A stretch of DNA of 63,209 nucleotides, filler included. It is 8 parts of 8 records of this genome, joined end to end, with 100 filler letters (N's around TTAATTAATTAA, not from the genome) between each part and the next. Parts side by side here need not be neighbours in the genome. Positions count along the whole stretch, not along the records: positions 33,775 to 43,729 come from SRR31147125_60574; positions 43,830 to 50,449 come from SRR31147125_60598; positions 50,550 to 56,596 come from SRR31147125_60852; 5 more parts are not named here. One strand, written 5' to 3'. Under the pieces are notes generated by a model, which was not told the DNA's origin, did no database searches, and saw only the letters and a program-made list of their open reading frames with translations. This document shows positions 43,601-53,417 of this stretch, piece by piece (the stretch's first letter is position 1; each line of letters begins with the position of its first letter). The position numbers were made by a program, and so were the translations under genes.

Positions 43601-43729
43601 TCTTTTGTAACAACTTTTGTGATACTTTTGCAGTTGTTTTGGCAAAGTGGCGCTTTTCCTTTTCATCCTTTTGGACCTCTTTTTCTAAAGTTATGTCCTT
43701 ACAAAATCCCAAAACACCGATAATTTTTT
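40623..43729 (-). CDS. GAF and multi-PAS HisKA_3 sensor kinase (5' truncated)
   Basis: GAF, about five PAS/PAC repeats, ERTRISREIHDSVGQ, QESLTNILKHS, GFGLRNMRER. Confidence 0.92.
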
Positions 43730-43829
43730 NNNNNNNNNNNNNNNNNNNNNNNNNNNNNNNNNNNNNNNNNNNNTTAATTAATTAANNNNNNNNNNNNNNN
43801 NNNNNNNNNNNNNNNNNNNNNNNNNNNNN

Positions 43830-44845
43830 CCCCCTGCCCCATGATTTTTTCCAGATCGGGAAGTTTGCCATGGAGATTCACGTTGCTTCTAGGACACACC
43901 ACCGGAGAGCACTCCGTTTTCGCAATGAGCTCCATATCCTCATCATCTACATTGATGAGATGAACGGCAAGGGTCTTTGCATCCAATATCCCCAGATCAT
44001 ATAAATGCTGAACAGGGCTTCTTGACGGGAGTCCCCAATCCGATGCATCAATTCCCCGCTCTTTCAGAAACGCTGCCCACCCCCTCTGCCGTTGTAATGA
44101 ACGCTGTTTCATCCACGGACTCAGCTACATGAATAGAAAATGGCAACTGTTTTTTCCGGGCAGATTGTTTTAAATATTTTAGCAACTCCGGAGAAGTGGT
44201 ATGGGGGGCATGGCCGGCTACTGAAGGTACAACGTTTTCGATACCGGTTGGATTGAACGCATCGGAATCAGAGAAAAAGGTGCAGGTAGGCTGCGTTTCA
44301 GATGAATTGGGAATTCGACACGTATCACTCTTGAATTCCCCATTTTCTCTAGGTGGGGCCGCCCCCAAATGCTCATGAAAACAGATGCCGGAGAGTCGAG
44401 ATCTTTCAAGCAGATCTTCTGTAATACCCAGTGTTGAAATCTCTCCAACCAGAAGCGTTCCGGTTTTGGCGCACGCTTCCATGGCCTGTTTTGCCTGTTT
44501 CCTCAACAGCGATTGACCGCATGCCTCCCTTTGAATCAGAAGTTCTCTGACCCATCTATTGAATCCGCCTTCAAATGGAATACGGGAGTGAAGGGCTGAC
44601 AACTCGAAGTGGGTGTGGGCATTGATTAGAAAGGGCATCATCGCGACCTCTCCATGATCTATTACTTCCGCTCTTTGGGCCAGGGCGTTGGTGTGATTCG
44701 ACAATGTATGGTTTACAGCACCAATTTCTACAATTTTCCCTGCCGAAACCCGGAGGTATCCGTTCTCAATGATGCGTTCCGGAGAGACCAAAAGATACTT
44801 TGCCCGATGGATTTCATGGCCACCACCATAAATATGACTCAGCAT
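43830..44845 (-). CDS. Amidohydrolase, candidate aminodeoxyfutalosine deaminase; frameshifted at 44080-44084 and 3' truncated
   Basis: INAHTHFELS, HAPHT, IHVAES, AVH, CPRSN; lies directly downstream of mqnC. Confidence 0.75.
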
Positions 44846-44869
44846 GACAACTTTGTAATGAATTTTACA

Positions 44870-45927
44870 TCAAATCAAATTATAGAAACAATCTCGTTGC
44901 CTCGGTTCAAAACCGGCCGTTTCAATGAGCCTGCGAATCTCTTTTTCCGGCAACATGAAATCAACCCCTGCCGACGCCACCACATTCTCCTCGATCATGG
45001 TACTTCCCATGTCATTGGCGCCATAGAACAAAGCGGTTTGTGCAATTTTATCTCCCTGGGTTACCCAGGAAGCTTGAATGTTGTCGATGTTATCCAGATA
45101 AAGGCGACTGATGGCCAATACTCTCAAGTACTCCACAGCGCTTCTTTTTCTTACGCTGATCCGGGTATGGGTCGGCTGAAACGTCCAGGGGATGAACGCA
45201 GTAAAGCCGTCGGTCTTATCCTGAAGTGCACGAATCCTCTCCAGGTGCTCGAAAAGATGACGGGGAGACTCCAGATGCCCGAACATCATGGTGGCACTGC
45301 TTCTTAGGCCCAGATGATGAGCCGTCTCCATCACTTCGAGCCAGGTATCGCTCATGCACTTGTTCGGAGAGGCCTTTTGCCGAATGTCATCACTCAGGAT
45401 TTCGGCTCCGCCGCCGGGTATGGAGGCAAGCCCGGCTTCTTTGAGTCGAATGATCACCTCCCGGATGGAAAGAGAAGAGATCTCGGCAATATAGGCAATC
45501 TCCGGAGGAGAAAATCCATGAACATGAATTCCGAAATTCTCCTTTATATCTTTGAGAAGATTGATGTAGTAGTCTAGTGGAAGATCGGGGTTCATCCCCC
45601 TTGGAGTAAAATCTGAGTTCCCCCGAGATCGATTGTTTCTCTGATTTTTTGGTGTAGACTCTCACGGGAAATCACGTATCCGTCTCCGCTCTCCGGTGTC
45701 TTGAAAAACGCACAGAATTTACATCCGGATATGCAGATATTGGTATAGTTAATATTACGATCCACCACAAAGGTAACGCGTCGATCGGGATTGATCTCAA
45801 ACCGGCGTCGATCCGCCAATCTCGCAAGGGTCAGCAACTCCGCCTCATGATAGAGCATCAATCCTTCACGCGCGTCAATACGCTCTCTACGGAAAACCTT
45901 TTTTAGCACTGTCTCAATGTTTTGCAT
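44870..45927 (-). CDS. mqnC: Cyclic dehypoxanthine futalosine synthase, frameshifted at 45596-45600
   Basis: VDRNINYTNIC-ISGCKFC, QILLQGG/MNP joined by one added G, FTAFIPWTFQ, QASWVTQG, GSTMIEENVV. Confidence 0.88.
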
Positions 45928-46029
45928 GACTTATCATAACTATTCTTTTTGGATGTCCTTGACGTTTAAAAATTTTAAACCGCCTTCGGGCTTCCATATT
46001 GTGTTGTGTAAGATAACCGCACATGGCCG

Positions 46030-47118
46030 TTATTGAACCTCATTATAAAATGAGTCCCGCTCCACAGGAACGAACCCGGCACTTTCAATCATCCGAACCA
46101 TCTCTTCACGGGTGAGTCCTTTTGCAGAGGTAGCCCCGGCGGTATGGGTGATCCGCTCTTCGATGATGGTGCCATCCAGATCGTCCGCTCCATAAGAGAG
46201 CGCCACCTGTGCCAACTTTTCACCGATCATCACCCAATACGCCTTGATATGATCGAAATTGTCCAGCATCAACCGTGCTGCCGCGACCATCTTCAAGTCA
46301 TCCACTGCCGTGGTGGACGGCATCTCCGGCAACTTTGTATTTTTCGAATGAAACGCCAAGGGAATAAATGCAGAAAATCCGCCGGTTCGGTCTTGAAGTT
46401 CCCGGAGAGCCATGAAGTGTTCGACCCGCTCTTCCAGGGTTTCGATATGGCCGTAAAGCATGGTGGCATTGGTTGTCAATCCCCCCTTATGAACCTCTTC
46501 CATGACGGATAACCATTTATCCGCCCCCATTTTTTTGGGAAAAAGGGCTTTTCTCACCCGTTCGCTAAGCACCTCCGCTCCGCCGCCGGGCATCATGTCC
46601 AGCCCCGCCTCTTTGAGAACGGCAACGGTCTCGGCAATGGATTTTCCGGACAGGTTGGAGAGATAGTCGATCTCAACCGATGTAAAGGCTTTGATGGCGG
46701 CATTGGGTCTGATCCGCTTCACCGTTTTCAGTAAATTCGTGAAATAGGAAAAATCGTAATCCGGATTGAGCCCCCCAACGATGTGCAGCTCATTGACGGG
46801 TTCATCAATCCGCGCCATCAGTCGCTTCTCGATTTCCTCCATGCCCCAGGCATATGATGTGGTATCACCTTTGTCCACAGCATAGGCGCAGAACAGGCAG
46901 CGATTTTTACAAATATTTGTATAATTCAAATGCTGATTATAGACATAAAATGCCTTATTACCGTGTTTTTTCCTTCGAACATGATCCGCCAGCATTCCCA
47001 CACCGATCAAATCATGGGTTTCAAAAAGAAGAAGCCCGTCTTCCTTTGAAAGACGGGTTCCGGTTTTCACTTTCTCATATAGATTTCCCAGCCGATCATC
47101 GGCAAACTCAAACTCCAA
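46030..47118 (-). CDS. mqnE: Aminofutalosine synthase, radical SAM
   Basis: NYTNICKNRCLFC, ELHIVGG, IKAFT, AFIPLAFH, HIKAYWVM, DGTIIEERI; TTG start after AAGGAG. Confidence 0.9.
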   Translation of the reverse strand: MEFEFADDRLGNLYEKVKTGTRLSKEDGLLLFETHDLIGVGMLADHVRRKKHGNKAFYVYNQHLNYTNICKNRCLFCAYAVDKGDTTSYAWGMEEIEKRLMARIDEPVNELHIVGGLNPDYDFSYFTNLLKTVKRIRPNAAIKAFTSVEIDYLSNLSGKSIAETVAVLKEAGLDMMPGGGAEVLSERVRKALFPKKMGADKWLSVMEEVHKGGLTTNATMLYGHIETLEERVEHFMALRELQDRTGGFSAFIPLAFHSKNTKLPEMPSTTAVDDLKMVAAARLMLDNFDHIKAYWVMIGEKLAQVALSYGADDLDGTIIEERITHTAGATSAKGLTREEMVRMIESAGFVPVERDSFYNEVQ

Positions 47119-48739
47119 TTAACGTCTCCTTTTTACACGACGAACCAGTCGTTTTTTCTTTTTCGGGGCACCGCTTTCGGAAACGGCTGCCTGTGCAGCC
47201 ACCTGCTGTGCGATTTTCAAAGCCGGATCCGTCAAATCATTCTGGGTAAAAGAGCAGGAAGCTCTCGGGCATTTCAACCCTTTTTCCGTAGGACTGACAT
47301 CAAATTCCACCAGAAATTGATTTTTGCATTGGGGGCAAGGGAAGTGATAGGGCTGGGACCAGCTGACAAAACGGCAGGAACTATCGGAACAGATATAATA
47401 CGTTTTTCCGGTATCCGTTGTTTCCGTTTTCACCTTACCGATATTGCAAAGGGGGCATGGGATGGCAAGTTCAGATTCAAATGCGGCGATTCTGGCTTCT
47501 ATATCATCCGGATCAAATGAGGGTGTCGCCTCTTCAACCGGTGGTACACTCTTTAAGGCCTCTTCCCGTTGCGTTTCCAATTCCTTCTCTTTTTCCCGTG
47601 CGGCGCGCTCAAGCTCTTCCTCTTTTATGCGTTGTAATCTCAGTTCCTCATCCAACGCTCTGGCTTTTTCTTCCGCTTCCGTTTTTATCTGCTCTTCTTT
47701 TAGCCGTAACTCCGCCTCTTTCAAGGCCATTTCAGCCTCTTTGGCTTTAAGTTCCGCTTCAGCCTGTTCTATTTTAAGAGCCGCCATTTTCGCCTGCTCT
47801 ATTTCCTGCTCTTTTTCAGCCAGCTCAGCCGCCCGTTTTTCAAGGTCCTTAGCTGCCTCTTCCGCCTCCCTCAATTGTCTTTGATGCGCTTCCAGTTCAG
47901 CGGCACGTTCTTTCTCTTCCTGTCGCTTTTTTTCTGCAATTTCCGCTTCTTTTTGTTTTTGCAGTGCCTGAAGCTCATCCTGAGAAGGTCCTTTCTCAAA
48001 ACCGACTTTATTTTTACTTTGTCAAGGCGGCTCCCCCGTCAAAATGAAACGCTGGCTTACCACCTTCTTTATTGAGCTGCATTTTCTCACGAAAGCGCTG
48101 TTGGGCCAAACGTTTGACATTGTCAGCCTTGAGCTTTCGGGCCACGGCCTTCATCTGCCCATCGGATTTATTCTCGGAAATTTCCTTTGCTTTTTGCTCG
48201 GCATTGGCCCGGGTCACGGAAACTCCGCAATTTTTCAGCGTCTGGGCAAAGCTATTTTTGGCGTCTTCCAGGCTCTTTCTCTGGGAGAGCACTTCATCGG
48301 TCATTTGCAATACAAATGCGACGAGCTGAATCCCCTGCATCCCCGGAAACATACGATCCAGAAATCCGACAATAGTAAACGCAGAGACCTCCGCTTTTAA
48401 CTCATCCATTGCGTTCTTGGCCAGATACCCTTGACTTATAATACCTTGCAAGGAGTCCATCAGTGTATCGTCTCGCGTAAGTCCCAACTCTTCAAGCTCA
48501 TCGCAGAGCGATTCCACTGAATATCTTTCCGGTGGAAATCCTTTCGCCGCTTTAATCTCCCGCTCCCGCTCCACGGCAACTAAGATGGCGGAGATCGTGG
48601 AAAGATTGTAAGTCAGCAGCGCTGATTCGGAATCAATCTCAATTAAAGAGGTAATCTCTCTTGCAAGAATCTCATCCAGATGACTCTTCACATAAGCAGG
48701 CGACATGTCACTATCTTCGAGTATGATTTTTTCCATCAT
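47119..48739 (-). CDS. Hypothetical protein: N-terminal domain, coiled coil and tandem topoisomerase-type Zn ribbons; one or two indels at 47998-48037
   Basis: E/K/A-rich coiled coil; CPLC..CSDSSC and CPQC..CPRASC; coding-like sequence bridges the two ORFs; basic tail. Confidence 0.65.
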
Positions 48740-49311
48740 CAGCTATCCTGGTTAATATCGTTAATCATTGCAGCCAACCCCGGTGCGACTTTTGACCAAC
48801 ATTTCTGCTCCGGTCCACTTTGAGCGGGGTCATCTTCCGAATCGAATGGGGGCAACTCTCCTTCCAAATCAAATTCAGGCGCATCTTCAAAGCCCGTCGT
48901 TTCATCCACTTCAGACTCGGCCTCGATTTCAGCATCTAATTCATTATCAAACTCCGTTTCGATCTCACCATCTAAATCGTTTACAATCGAATCTTCCCCC
49001 TGCGGCACATCATCAACGAAAAAATCATCATCACCGTCATCTATACCGTCGGGAGTATCAATGTCCAGGCATTCGCCGTTCCGATTGAAAATCAGAGACA
49101 TGGAAACCGTAATATCGAAGTCAAGTTTATAGGCAATCTGATTGTCATGCACAACGATGTCTCCCTCCCGATATAAGACTTCGTCTTGAAGCTGCAATTG
49201 ATGCTTTTCAAGAATCATCTTTTCAATGGAGACCCAGTCAAGCTCTGCATTAATGGCGTCAATGAATTCTTTTTCACTGACTTGAATTGTATCGGCATTG
49301 ACAATTTTCAT
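48739..49311 (-). CDS. Hypothetical acidic protein
   Basis: 190-aa ORF, AGGTG RBS, TGATG coupling to the next gene, D/E-rich C-half. Confidence 0.72.
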   Translation of the reverse strand: MKIVNADTIQVSEKEFIDAINAELDWVSIEKMILEKHQLQLQDEVLYREGDIVVHDNQIAYKLDFDITVSMSLIFNRNGECLDIDTPDGIDDGDDDFFVDDVPQGEDSIVNDLDGEIETEFDNELDAEIEAESEVDETTGFEDAPEFDLEGELPPFDSEDDPAQSGPEQKCWSKVAPGLAAMINDINQDS

Positions 49312-49540
49312 ATTTCACCTTTACATAGCGTTCCCGACAACAACTTAAAACAAACGCAACCTATCGCTTCGTATCTTTTTTTGATAACATAAGTAGATAA
49401 GACGTTATCATTAATGGTTATTTTTTTCAATCATGATAAATAAAAACAGCCGTCACGGTAGTCGGCTCCGGAAAGACTGATTATTTAATGTTATTACAAA
49501 CAGTTATACATGAACATTTCGTTTCAGGAGATAGGAAAAA

Positions 49541-50449
49541 GTGACCAATGTTTCAGTGACTCAGGAGGGTATTTCGCAAGCCGTTTCCAGCTTGAAGTAT
49601 AAAACAAACTCCATTAAATACCGAGTTATACAGGCCATCCAACAGGTTTATACCCTTGAAGGTCCGGCAAGTCCCCTTGAGTCCATCGAAACAGATCAAC
49701 TCATCAAAATCATATGGGATACCGGTGACAACCCTACCCAGATAAAGGCAAAACGAAGAAACTTTTTCAGTTTGAGATCCGCAATTAACTCCGACCTTTC
49801 CAAACTGTCAGCAGAATCGGAGAACCCTGAAAGAATTACAATTTCACAAAATAACACCTTCGATATGAGTGAGGATGCCAAAAATGAAATTCTCAGCTCG
49901 TTTTCTGACGTTGCAAAAAGTGGCAATCTGGATCTGAATCAAGTGGCAGATGTCCTTTCCACCATTACGGATTTTATTAGCTCACTTGGCATCGATGCTG
50001 ACTCCCAAAATGATGATACTCAAAACAAGCTCGAACAAATCAAGAAGCTGCTTCAAACACTTTCCGACAGCACGTTGCCTGAGACTGAAACATCAAGCAC
50101 TGATAGATCAAGTCAAGCCGGCTTAAAAACAGAGGGAGAAAGTGGTGGTGACGGACAAGAACATTCAGATAGTGTCAGTAACGACTTTGATGGCAATGGC
50201 GATAGAAAAAACATAATTGAAATCAATGCAGATGAATATGAAATTGAAGAATTAGATGAAGAAGACTACGACAGTGAAGAAATCAAGGACGAGGACTCTG
50301 AGCAGGAAAGAGTCGATGATGACGACCTCGTGGAAGTTGAAGATGAAGATATCTTAGATGAAGAACTTGACATCGAGGACGTCCAAGATGATCTGTCCGA
50401 ACCGGAAGAGGTGGATGACGACGACATCTCCGAATTGGAAGAAGTCGAT
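49541..50449 (+). CDS. Hypothetical protein with D/E-rich low-complexity region (3' truncated)
   Basis: Open frame of about 300 aa with an AGGAG/AGGA RBS; no family recognised. Confidence 0.7.
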
Positions 50450-50549
50450 NNNNNNNNNNNNNNNNNNNNNNNNNNNNNNNNNNNNNNNNNNNNTTAATTA
50501 ATTAANNNNNNNNNNNNNNNNNNNNNNNNNNNNNNNNNNNNNNNNNNNN

Positions 50550-53232
50550 TTTTCCCGGTCTTCCAGGCCGCCGGCGTCGGGATCTTCTGGGGATCCACCG
50601 AATAAAAATTCCTACCCGTGGGAAGGATGTCGGCCTGCCCTCGGGAGGGGGCACCGGCAGGTCCGGGGGATACAAAACGTCCTGCCAGGGCGTCGAGACA
50701 AGCTTGCTGTTCCTCTGTTGTCTGTTGCATCCTGGGATTGAGATCATCCCTGATGTAGGTGAGGGCGGCGGTGACATCGTCATGCACGGCTCCCAGACGG
50801 CACTTCTGGCTTGAAAAAATGGATTTTCTGCAAGAGGATAATCCCAGGATGTCCGCCACCAGAGCGTGACAACAGGTATGGGCCTCCGCAATCAGCTGGG
50901 CATGGGTACATATCTCACTTCCCTCAACTCTTTCAACCCTTTTGCCGAGATTTTCTTGAAGCGTTTTTTCATCATAGCCCATGGAAGAGATGACCGATTT
51001 TCTCAAGGAGGGGACGGTGCCGTTGGCAAGTCTTGTCATCTGCACCAGGCTCTCCACCAACTGTTTGCCTTCAGGAACCTTACCCAACGTATGCAGCCCG
51101 TCGGCAATGGCAGTGTCTGCGATCTCACCCAGGTAGGCGTGCAGGGTTTCGATAAAAGAATCGGGATCGGCCAGGGCATCTTCCTTGACAAGATCCAGAT
51201 CGCTCACCAGGTCAGCCTTCTGGGCCGCCTCCCAGATCATGGGGATCAGCAGCTCCAGCTTTGCCTGGTCCTGGGTTTTGGCGTGGAGATACTCTTCCAG
51301 CAGGTTTTCAACCTCCGACAGCTCCTGGTAAAGCCCGGCATTGGTCATGGCAGGGGGCAAATGATCGATGATGCAGGCGTAGGATCGGCGCTTGGCCTGG
51401 GTGCCCTCCCCGGGATCATTGATGATGTAGGGATAGATGTTGGGCAGCGTATCGATGGCAAGGTCGGGAAAGCATTCCGGGCCAAGGCCCACGCTTTTAC
51501 CGGGCAACCATTCCAGGCTGCCGTGTTTGCCGATATGGAGGACGGCATCTGCGCCGAAGTGCTCAGATATCCATCGGTAGTGGGCCAGGTAGTGATGGGG
51601 AGGCGAGAGGTGCTGATCGTGATAGAGCTTGTCTATCTGTTCGAAATAGCCCCTGGGCGGCTGGATGGTGAGAAACACATTTCCGTTGATCAATCCGGGA
51701 AAAAAGAGCCGACCGTCATGGACAAACAGATCCCCCGGCATGGGCTGCCAATCGGCTTCCATCTTATCCCGTACCCGTTTTGGTAAATCGTGATGCCACG
51801 CCATGTACGCTTCGGGCAAGGCCCATGCGTCGGCCTTTTTTGCCATCTTTTCCGGCAGCAGCCATCGCCTGTCGGCGGTAACGCCTTCGAGAAGGGATTT
51901 GGCCAGTGCATCTCCGTCTTCATACAAGGTGTCCACCCGAAAGCCTTTTTCAGCCATGGCTTTCAGCAGATCCGCCACACCGGCAAAGGAGTCAAGGCCG
52001 GAGGCGCAGCCGATGCGGTCATTCCTGGGGGGATAGTGGTGAAAGACAATGGCCACCCGCTTTTCGCGGTTCTTCTTTCTTCCCAGGGCGGCCCAGTTCA
52101 GGGCCAATCGCACCATTTTGACGATGCGTTCGGGGATGGGTACATATTTGTTCACCGCAGCGCCGGTGAGGGGGTCCGTTGTAACACACTGCTTGGAGGC
52201 GATGGGGACGCTGATGATCACTCCGTCCAGTTCCGGCTGTGCCACGGAAATGGTGATGTCCACATTGGTGAGCCCCTGGTCGGACGCCTCCCACTCGGCC
52301 ACTGATCTGCCGGTGGAGATGGCCTGGATCACCGGAACACCCAACCGTTTGAGCAGCCCTTTGTAATCGGTGGAGGCGGTCTTAAGACTGAACATGATGG
52401 GATTGATCAGGACGTCAATCAGGGGCGTTGCTCCCTTCACGAAAAACCGGGTCACCACATGGTCGGCCCCCTGGTTGCCGAGAAGCTTATCCTTGAATCG
52501 CATATGAAACACACAGATCACATTGGCCCCCTGACGCTCCAGTTCACGGATCATGGCGTCAATGTGATCCTTGTTGTTGCTGGTCCAAAAATTCTGGTAA
52601 AACCAGATCCCCACCGTGGGCTTGTCCGGATCAAGGGAGGCGATATGGGCATCAATCGCTTCAATGTATCCGTAATCGGGATGGTAAAGGCCTTCATAGG
52701 GGGGCTCTACAGGCGGTTTCAGCGTCAAAACCTCTCCACGCAAATTATCACCATGCCGATTCTCATCATCCGGATTTTCCCCATGCACACGGTGATGGAG
52801 GAAACCCAGCAGATTTTGAAGATTTTCCACGCCGCCGTAGCGATAGTAGCGGCTGATGGTGGTCCAGGTGTCGTCGTCGGTTCCGTCGGAAAAATTTTCC
52901 ACCATTTCCAGGGAATCGGGATTGCTTCCCGTGGGCTGGACATGAAACCAGGGTGTTGTTTTTCCGCTCTCTTTTTCGGCTGTAACGGCTTGAACAAGGG
53001 CCTCCCATGCAGGACACGATTGACTACCGGCCATGAGGGTGATGATCACCACGTCGGCTTCAAGCGCTTTTTTGACAAAGGCTGCCTGCCGCGTCGGGTG
53101 ATCCTCCAATTGGGTGCGTGTCCGGGCATACAGATCCACGGGCACCCCCGGACGCTTCTTCATAAAGAGCCGGTACGCCTCACTTAAATTGGGGATTTCA
53201 TTGGATGTCACACTGAAATAGACTATTTTCAT
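50550..53232 (-). CDS. cobN: CobN/ChlH-family chelatase large subunit (3' truncated)
   Basis: PELDG, IQPPRGY, PPHHYLAHY, HIGKHGSLEWLPGK, GEGTQAKRR, LPTGRNFYSVDP. Confidence 0.9.
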
Positions 53233-53417
53233 GATCGCCTCGATGGGGCCATTTTTATTAACTGTTTTTTTTGCGGTATTATGTTTGGTTGAACATCGTA
53301 ATGGAAGCCGTACGCAGAGCTAAAAACCACATCAGTCATCAAAAAATAGGTCGGATGGGCGGTTAAGAGAGAAACCTCGGATGAACACGATTATTTTTCG
53401 TCGGATGAGGTGCCCCA

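Noticed and set aside
45590-45600. TGA after QGG in mqnC as Sec or readthrough
   Set aside because: The downstream half is in a different frame; one missing G in the G5 run explains it.
53233-53417. Cobalamin riboswitch between the cobN genes
   Set aside because: No recognisable B12-box or conserved GGGAA/GCCACTG elements on the coding strand.
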